DNA from: an uncultured delta proteobacterium
GTDB lineage: Bacteria; Myxococcota; Myxococcia; Myxococcales; Myxococcaceae
Assembly: GCA_963776345.1 (NCBI GenBank)
Contig: CAVZMH010000022.1
Coordinates: 320,001 to 384,000, forward strand
Direction of reading: 5' to 3'
DNA length: 64,000 nucleotides
The notes under the pieces are model-generated. The model saw nothing but the letters and a program-made list of their open reading frames with translations, searched no databases and was not told the origin of the DNA. The translations under genes were made by a program, and so were the position numbers. Below, piece after piece: positions 58,224 to 64,000 of this stretch (position 1 is its first letter; each line of letters begins with the position of its first letter).

Positions 58224-59633
58224 TCAATCCCGGACGTGGTGCCGCTTGATGAGCCGGTAGAGGTGCACCCGGTCGATGTCGGCCGAGGCCGCCGCCTGGG
58301 ACACCTTGCCGCCGTGCAGCTGGAGAAGCGCCTCGACGTACTGCCGCTCGAAGGCGTCGAGGGCCCGCCGGCGGGCTTCCGGATAGGGCACCCGGGGGTC
58401 GATGGTGTTCGGCGCGTCGTCGGCCGGACGTCCCGTCTCCTCGCCCTCGCCCGGGAGCAACGTTTCTTGAAGCACCACGCAGCGCTCGAGGTGGTTCCGC
58501 AGCTCCCGGATGTTCCCCGGCCACGCGGAGCGCTGCAGCTGGGCGATGAAGGGCGGATCCACCAGGGTGGCCTTCACCCGCGCGTCGGCGCCGAGCCCGC
58601 TGAGGAGCTTGTCGACGATCAGCGGGATGTCCTCGGCCCGCTGGCGCAGAGCAGGGAGGGGGATCTTCACCACTGCCAGACGGAAGTAGAGGTCCGACCG
58701 GAAGCGGCCGGCGTTCACCTCCGCGCGGAGGTCGCGGTTGGTGGCGGTGATGATGCGCACGTCCACCGGGGTGTAGGTGTTGCTCCCGAGCTTCCGGATC
58801 TCCCGCGCCTCGAGAACCCGCAGCATCTTCGGCTGGAGCTCGACCGGAAGCTCGCCGATCTCGTCGAGGAACACCGTGCCGCCCCGCGCCTCCTCGAAGA
58901 CGCCCACCCGCCGGTTGACCGCCCCGGTGAAGGCGCCCTTCTCGTGCCCGAACAGCTCGGACTCGAGCAGGTTGGGCGGGAGCGCGCCGCAGTCCACCAC
59001 CAGGAAGTGGTGTTCGCGCCGGCTCGACTGGCGGTGGATGGACTCGGCCGCCTGGCTCTTCCCGGTGCCGGTCTCGCCCTCGAGGAGCACGGTGGAGTCG
59101 GACGCCGCGGCACGCTCCATCAGGGCGAAGCTCATCCGCGCGGCCACCGAGGTGCCCACCAGCGAGCCGAAGCGAGGGAGCTCCGAGAGCTGCAGCTTGG
59201 TCTTCTCTCCGGAGAGCTCGAAGCGGAGCACCACCCGCCCGAGCTGGAGCAGACTCCCGTTGCGGACCGCCGCCTCCTTCACCAGCACGCCGTCGACCAC
59301 GGTGCCGTTCCGGCTCGCCAGGTCCTTGGCCCAGACGCCCTTGTCGTCGACCAGGAGCTCGCAGTGGAAACGGGACACCGTCCGCTCGTCGAGCAGGACG
59401 TCGTTGAGCGGGTGACTCCCGATGGAGGTTCGCTCGCCGGCGGACTCGAAGCTCTGGCCCGCGCCGGCACCTTCCACCACCCGCAGCCGGAAGCGGCGCA
59501 CGTCCGGAGGGCCGGCAGACCGGCCTCCGATTCCGTACGTCGCCGTCGCGTGCGCGTCCCGCTCCGCCGACGGTGGAGAGTCGACGCTGTTCGGCTCCTC
59601 GGGGATTTCCCGACTCTTCTCGCGCCCTGGCAT
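58224..59633 (-). CDS. FHA-domain sigma54 enhancer-binding protein (FHA-AAA+-Fis HTH); start may be 59639
   Basis: FHA (IGSHPLND...VSRFH...DLASRNGT), GETGTGKS, ESELFGHEKGAFTGA, FLDEIGE, WPGNIRELRN, C-terminal HTH; no receiver domain. Confidence 0.95.
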   Translation of the reverse strand: MPGREKSREIPEEPNSVDSPPSAERDAHATATYGIGGRSAGPPDVRRFRLRVVEGAGAGQSFESAGERTSIGSHPLNDVLLDERTVSRFHCELLVDDKGVWAKDLASRNGTVVDGVLVKEAAVRNGSLLQLGRVVLRFELSGEKTKLQLSELPRFGSLVGTSVAARMSFALMERAAASDSTVLLEGETGTGKSQAAESIHRQSSRREHHFLVVDCGALPPNLLESELFGHEKGAFTGAVNRRVGVFEEARGGTVFLDEIGELPVELQPKMLRVLEAREIRKLGSNTYTPVDVRIITATNRDLRAEVNAGRFRSDLYFRLAVVKIPLPALRQRAEDIPLIVDKLLSGLGADARVKATLVDPPFIAQLQRSAWPGNIRELRNHLERCVVLQETLLPGEGEETGRPADDAPNTIDPRVPYPEARRRALDAFERQYVEALLQLHGGKVSQAAASADIDRVHLYRLIKRHHVRD

Positions 59634-59667
59634 CCGCATCCGCGAACCTACTCCCGAAGGCGACGCC

Positions 59668-59716
59668 TTGACCGGCCGCGCAACAGCGGATCCCGCTCCG
59701 TGGCGCCGACCGCAAC
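59668..59716. promoter_or_regulatory. Putative enhancer (UAS) pair between the activator and protein C
   Basis: TTGAC-N7-GCAAC (59668-59684) and GTGGC-N7-GCAAC (59700-59716). Confidence 0.5.
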
Positions 59717-59767
59717 GCGGGCGACGTAAGACCCAAGTGAATTCAAGGAGATGGAGTCCGTTCGGGC

Positions 59768-59783
59768 TGGCCTCAGGGGTGCA
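59768..59783 (+). promoter_or_regulatory. sigma54 -24/-12 promoter of protein C
   Basis: TGGCCTCAGGGGTGCA (GG-N10-GC), about 58 nt upstream of ATG. Confidence 0.7.
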
Positions 59784-59841
59784 ATCCGATCCTGGCGTGG
59801 CCGGCGACGAACGCTGGCCTCCCCTTCGACCGGAGACCGCC

Positions 59842-60018
59842 ATGAAGACCTCGCAGACCTCGCTCAAGTCCTTCGAACAGATCGCCCGCAGCCGTGGCCT
59901 GGGCACGCTCGCCGTCGGCGGGCTGCTGATCGCCTTCTGGCTCGGTGGGCACGGCGCGCTCTACAGCGCCTACCGCGTCACCCGCTCCCACGCGCCGGTG
60001 GTGGTCGAGGCGGAGTGA
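59842..60018 (+). CDS. Small single-TM protein C (58 aa)
   Basis: GGAG RBS; MKTSQTSLKSFEQIARSRGLGTLAVGGLLIAFWLGGHGALYSAYRVTRSHAPVVVEAE. Confidence 0.78.
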   Translation: MKTSQTSLKSFEQIARSRGLGTLAVGGLLIAFWLGGHGALYSAYRVTRSHAPVVVEAE

Positions 60019-60027
60019 GGACGAGAG

Positions 60028-60059
60028 AGGGGCGTCGACCGGGACCCGGTCGAAGCCCT
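60028..60059. terminator. Hairpin between convergent proteins C and D
   Basis: gggcgtcgaccgg-gac-ccggtcgaagccc inverted repeat. Confidence 0.6.
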
Positions 60060-60079
60060 TCGACCCATGGGCACCGGAC

Positions 60080-60259
60080 CTACCTCGAGTGCACCAGGAT
60101 GGTCGTCTCTCCCGCGAGCGGCGGCAGGGAAGACCGGGAGAAGTCCTGCATCAGCGCCGCGGAGAGCAGGAAGTACGCGAGGATCAGCGCTCCGCCGAGC
60201 AGCAGCCCGGACTCGCCGAAGACCGCGGAGCGGGGTGCATCGAAGAGCTGTGGCTGCAT
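60080..60259 (-). CDS. Small single-TM protein D (59 aa)
   Basis: GGGGAG RBS; MQPQLFDAPRSAVFGESGLLLGGALILAYFLLSAALMQDFSRSSLPPLAGETTILVHSR. Confidence 0.78.
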   Translation of the reverse strand: MQPQLFDAPRSAVFGESGLLLGGALILAYFLLSAALMQDFSRSSLPPLAGETTILVHSR

Positions 60260-60305
60260 GATGGTCTCCCCTCGGCGCGCATCCGCCGGTGCGGCGCCTG
60301 GCGAC

Positions 60306-60321
60306 TGCACCGCGAGTGCCA
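60306..60321 (-). promoter_or_regulatory. sigma54 -24/-12 promoter of protein D
   Basis: TGGCACTCGCGGTGCA (GG-N10-GC), about 47 nt upstream of ATG. Confidence 0.8.
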
Positions 60322-60412
60322 GAGACCCGGGCCCTCGGACACCCGGGCCTGAGGCAGACCGCGCGGCGTGCCGAGAGGTGCGGATGGAGCGGGGCGAGGC
60401 GACCTCTCGCGC

Positions 60413-61456
60413 TCAGCTCCGTCGCAGGCTCGCGAGCCGCCCCTTCGTCCCGGGCCACTGCCGCTCGGGCATCCGCGAGAGCAGATCCAGCACCGTGTCC
60501 TGGAGCGTCTCCTGGGGATCCCGCGCCACGAAGCCCAGCTCGCGCTCGGCCTTCCGGGCGTCCAGCCAGAACCAGTGCTCGCCGATGTCCACGCTCGCGG
60601 CGTCCAGCGCCGGCTCGCGTCCGCGGGCCTCGGCCAGCTTCTCCAGCAGCTTCGCCCCGGCGACGTTGACCTTCGAGGGAAGCCGCAGCCGCGGCGCGGG
60701 GACGCCGGAGATGCGCTCCAGCCGGCCGAAGAACTCGGACATCGACATGTTCACGCCGAGGAGGTGCTTTCCCCCCACCTCGCCCCGCTCCAGCGCGGCG
60801 ACGAACGCCTCGGCCGCGTCGCGCACGTCGACGAAGCTGATTCCCCCGCCGGGCATCGCCGGCAGGTCCCGCTGGAGGAACTTCATCACCGTCCAGGTCG
60901 AGGACAGCCGCTCGTCGCCGGGCCCGAGCAGCAGGCTCGGGTTGAGCACCACCACCGGGGGGCCGTGCTTCCTCGTGAACTCGAGGACCAGCCGCTCCTC
61001 GTAGATCTTCGAGAGGTAGTACGGCCAGCGCCCGACGACGTCGATCGGCGGGAGGTCCTCCTCGGTCGCCACCCGCTCGGTGCGCGACACGGCGACGGTC
61101 CCGCTGGTGGACGCGAGGACCAGCCGCTGCAGGCCTCCCCGCGCCCGGACCTCCTCCAGAAGCCCGCGGGTGCCGGCCACGTGCAGCCGGTACATCGCCG
61201 GCCCGTCCGCGGGGTCGAAGGAGACCATCCCCGCGAGGTGGTACAGCACGTCCACCCCGGCCAGCGCCCGCTTCACCGCGGCGCGGTCGCCGAGGTCGCC
61301 CTGCACGAACTCGCCGTGCGACAGGAGCTCCGCCGCCGGCGCGTTGCGACCCAGCATCCGCACCCGGTGCCCCGCGGCCGCGAGGAGAGGAACGACGGCC
61401 TTCCCCAGGAATCCGGTGGCCCCGGTGACCAGGATGCTCCGTGGCGTCCCGCTCAC
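60413..61456 (-). CDS. NAD-dependent epimerase/dehydratase (ElbE-like)
   Basis: LVTGATGFLG, YHLAG, YYLSK, LNPSLLLGPGD; GTGA coupling to upstream gene. Confidence 0.88.
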   Translation of the reverse strand: MSGTPRSILVTGATGFLGKAVVPLLAAAGHRVRMLGRNAPAAELLSHGEFVQGDLGDRAAVKRALAGVDVLYHLAGMVSFDPADGPAMYRLHVAGTRGLLEEVRARGGLQRLVLASTSGTVAVSRTERVATEEDLPPIDVVGRWPYYLSKIYEERLVLEFTRKHGPPVVVLNPSLLLGPGDERLSSTWTVMKFLQRDLPAMPGGGISFVDVRDAAEAFVAALERGEVGGKHLLGVNMSMSEFFGRLERISGVPAPRLRLPSKVNVAGAKLLEKLAEARGREPALDAASVDIGEHWFWLDARKAERELGFVARDPQETLQDTVLDLLSRMPERQWPGTKGRLASLRRS

Positions 61457-64000
61457 CGCGGGCCTCCGCCGGAGCTCCGGCGGGGCCGGGCCGGCGCCGG
61501 CGCCAGCTCCACGTCAGGCTCGAGCCAGAACACGCCGCCCTCTCGCAGCCGTCTGACCGCCTCCTCGGCGATGCGGGTCACCAGCCGGTAGCTCTCGCTC
61601 CGGGCGAGGCCCTGGGCGCGGCGCCGCAGCTCGGCGATGCCCAGCGCGGGGCCGATGCGCACCTGGATCTCGGTCTGCTTCGGAATCATGCTGCCCTTGG
61701 GCAGCGCCTCGTACGCGCCGTGGATGTGGATGGGCAGGATGTCCACCCCGTACGTCAGCGCGAGGTAGCCGAGCGTCGGGTAGAACTCACGCATCTGCCC
61801 GTCGGGAGAGCGCGTCCCCTCGGGGAAGAGCAAGAGATGATACCCGTGCTGGAGCGCGTCCCCCGCCAGCCGCAGCGACTCGCGCAGGCTCCCGTGCCTG
61901 TCCATGGGGATGAGGTTGGTGAAGTTCTCGAACCAGGCCCGCTTGAGCGGAGTGTCGAAGAAGTAGTCGCGCGCGGCGAGCGAGGCCATGCGCCCGCCCT
62001 GCTCCCCCAGCGCGTACTTCACCAGCCCCATGTCCAGGTGCGAGCTGTGGTTGGCGATGACCAGGAAGTTCCTGCTCTGCGGGACATAGGCCTTGCCCGA
62101 GACATCCACCTTGAAGACGCCCCCGAACGTCGCCTTCTGCCAGAGGTCGAGCAGCGAGCGCCCCAGCGTGGCGACCGGGGCCGGCACCGGGATCTCCCGG
62201 CTGCCCGGCTCGACCTCGGTGCGCGCGGGCTGCAGGCGCTCGGCGGGCTCGGCCAGGCGCCGCGCCGCGGAGCCGAGCAGCCGCGCCAGGTCCTTCACCG
62301 TCTCCACCCCGGAGAGGTCACCCGCCTCGGGGAGCGCGATGCCCGCCGACTCGAGCGCCACCGACAGCTCGGTCAGCATCAGCGAGTCGAATCCGAGGTC
62401 CGCCGCGAGCCGTGACTCGGGCCGCACCTCGCTCGCCGGCTTGCCGATGACCTCGGCCACCAGGCGCTGGAGCCAGTCGGTGGAGCTGCCGTGGGCGGCG
62501 GGACGCGCCTTCTCCCCGGAGGCGGCGAGCTTCTCCAGCCTCCGCAGCTCGTCCATCACCGGCTTGCGCTTCACTTTCCGGGTGCTGGTCTTCGGCAGCT
62601 CGCCGTCCCAGAAGCGCAGGATCTTGATCCGCCGGTGGAACGGCAGCTCGGAGGAGATCCGGCGGAAGTGCTCCTCGAGCTCGGTCCGCACCTCCTCGCG
62701 GCGCCGCTCGCCGTACTCCGGCACGCAGAGGCAGGCCACCGTCTCGCCGCCGGCCTCGTCCGGGAGCCCCACCACCGAGAGCTCCTTCACCGAGCGGTGG
62801 TCCCCGTAGAGCTCCTCCAGCTCGTCGGGGTACACGTTCTTCCCGTTGGCGTCGATGATGACGTCCTTCTTGCGGCCCACCAGGTACAGCTGGCCGTCGG
62901 CGTCCAGCCGGCCGAGGTCGCCGGTGTGGAGCCAGCCATCGCGGAGGCTCGCCTCGGTGGCCTCGCGGTCGGCGAAGTAGCCGGCCATCACGTTGGGCCC
63001 GCGGGCGCACACCTCGCCGATGCCCTCGTTGTCCGGGCCGTCGATGCGCAGCTCGATGCCCGGCAGCGCCTTGCCCACGCTCCCCGGCACGCGCTTGTTG
63101 TCCGGCGCCTGCACGCTGAGCACCGGCGCCGCCTCGGTGAGGCCATAGCCCTCCGCCAGGTCGAAGCCCAGCTGGTGGAAGGCCTTGTGCACCTCGTCCG
63201 GGAGCGCCGAGCCGCCGGAGACCAGGAACTTGATCCGCCCGCCGAACTTCCTGTGCACCGGCCAGAACAGCAGCTTGCCCAGGTTGACGTTCTTCCGGTT
63301 CCGCAGCGAGCCGTGCGCGGACATCAGCGCCCGCATCGCCTGCTCGACGATGGCCGGCTTGGCCGCCAGCTCCTGGGTCACCTTCCGGTGGAACAGCGTC
63401 CACAGCGCCGGCACGCCGATCATCGCGGTCACGTGTCCGGACTCGAGCACCTCGCCCAGCCGGTCGGTGGTGAGCTCGTCGAGGTACGTCACCTCGGCCC
63501 CCCGGCTGAACGGAGTGAGGAGCCCGGCGGAGAACTCGAAAGTGTGGTGAAGCGGCAGGACGGAGAGCAGCCCGTCCCCCACCCCGAAGTCGAACGAGGC
63601 GGCGAGCTTCGGGACCAGCGATGCGAAGTTCCGGTGGGTGAGCATCACGCCCTTGGGCGTGCCGGTGGTTCCCGAGGTGAAGATGAGCGAGGCCACGTCA
63701 TCCGGTGCGGCGCTCTTCCGCACCGCGCCGACGCGCCCGGGCTGCCCCGGGTCCCCCTCCATCGCCTGCGCCAGCGTGGCCAGGCTCGCCTCCAGCGACT
63801 GCTCGGACAGCGTGCGCCACAGGCCGGCGAGGTCGTGCGCCGCGTCCTCGGAGAGCAGCACCACCCGGGCCTGGCTCCGGCGGACGATGGCCACGACCTC
63901 TGTCTCCATAGAGGCCGGGTCGACGGGGACGACGGTGGCGCCCGCGCGGAGGATGCCGAAGTAGGCGATGGGCCACTCGGGGCGGTTCTCGGAGATGAGC
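61453..64000 (-). CDS. Acyl-CoA synthetase-ACP-acyltransferase multidomain enzyme (ElbD-like), 5' end outside window
   Basis: IFTSGTTGTPKG, GYGLTE, TGDLG; ACP LGFDSL; PlsC NHSSHLD and FPEGTRS; frame stays open to window end (LISENRPEWPIAYFG). Confidence 0.9.
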   Translation of the reverse strand, partial: LISENRPEWPIAYFGILRAGATVVPVDPASMETEVVAIVRRSQARVVLLSEDAAHDLAGLWRTLSEQSLEASLATLAQAMEGDPGQPGRVGAVRKSAAPDDVASLIFTSGTTGTPKGVMLTHRNFASLVPKLAASFDFGVGDGLLSVLPLHHTFEFSAGLLTPFSRGAEVTYLDELTTDRLGEVLESGHVTAMIGVPALWTLFHRKVTQELAAKPAIVEQAMRALMSAHGSLRNRKNVNLGKLLFWPVHRKFGGRIKFLVSGGSALPDEVHKAFHQLGFDLAEGYGLTEAAPVLSVQAPDNKRVPGSVGKALPGIELRIDGPDNEGIGEVCARGPNVMAGYFADREATEASLRDGWLHTGDLGRLDADGQLYLVGRKKDVIIDANGKNVYPDELEELYGDHRSVKELSVVGLPDEAGGETVACLCVPEYGERRREEVRTELEEHFRRISSELPFHRRIKILRFWDGELPKTSTRKVKRKPVMDELRRLEKLAASGEKARPAAHGSSTDWLQRLVAEVIGKPASEVRPESRLAADLGFDSLMLTELSVALESAGIALPEAGDLSGVETVKDLARLLGSAARRLAEPAERLQPARTEVEPGSREIPVPAPVATLGRSLLDLWQKATFGGVFKVDVSGKAYVPQSRNFLVIANHSSHLDMGLVKYALGEQGGRMASLAARDYFFDTPLKRAWFENFTNLIPMDRHGSLRESLRLAGDALQHGYHLLLFPEGTRSPDGQMREFYPTLGYLALTYGVDILPIHIHGAYEALPKGSMIPKQTEIQVRIGPALGIAELRRRAQGLARSESYRLVTRIAEEAVRRLREGGVFWLEPDVELAPAPARPRRSSGGGPR

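Noticed and set aside
60080..60259. Resemblance of protein D (QLFDAPR...LAYFLLS) to light-harvesting LH1 alpha chains
   Set aside because: The bacteriochlorophyll-ligating His is absent in A, B and D TM segments, and there are no puf/bch genes in the window.
57423..60259. Small proteins as Flp/type IV pilins
   Set aside because: Basic residues precede the TM, but there is no G|FxxxE or ExY motif and no pilus assembly genes nearby.

Overview
High-GC bacterial chromosomal window, most likely from a myxobacterium. This rests on MYXO-CTERM tails, DGG/DAG-rich lipoproteins, an FHA-type sigma54 activator, Ser/Thr kinases and an elbD/elbE-like pair. It holds about 55 genes: housekeeping/metabolic (purU, lactate permease, UvrD/PcrA, glgC, enoyl-CoA hydratase) plus many secreted or lipoprotein accessory genes and several gene scars. 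No rRNA, tRNA or CRISPR array was seen. Highlights: (1) 57.4-60.3 kb: four short (54-59 aa), apparently paralogous single-pass membrane proteins surround an FHA-AAA+ sigma54 activator. Each has its own GG-N10-GC (-24/-12) promoter, and three have a shared GTTGC-N7-GCAAC-like upstream palindrome, a compact regulon I cannot assign to a described system. (2) A secreted peroxiredoxin split by an in-frame TGA at the catalytic position (TxxU) and followed by a SECIS-like hairpin, i.e. a likely selenoprotein. (3) A BstA/BstB/BstC-like (MMPL + PhnD-like + TatT-like) sterol/lipid transport trio near an SDR-ERG24 sterol-reductase pair. (4) An ECF sigma / zinc-finger anti-sigma / exported CHAT protease operon. 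(5) Several frame lesions (62-bp duplication, two single-base shifts, one internal deletion) that may be real or assembly errors. All family assignments are from motif recognition by eye; no searches were run.
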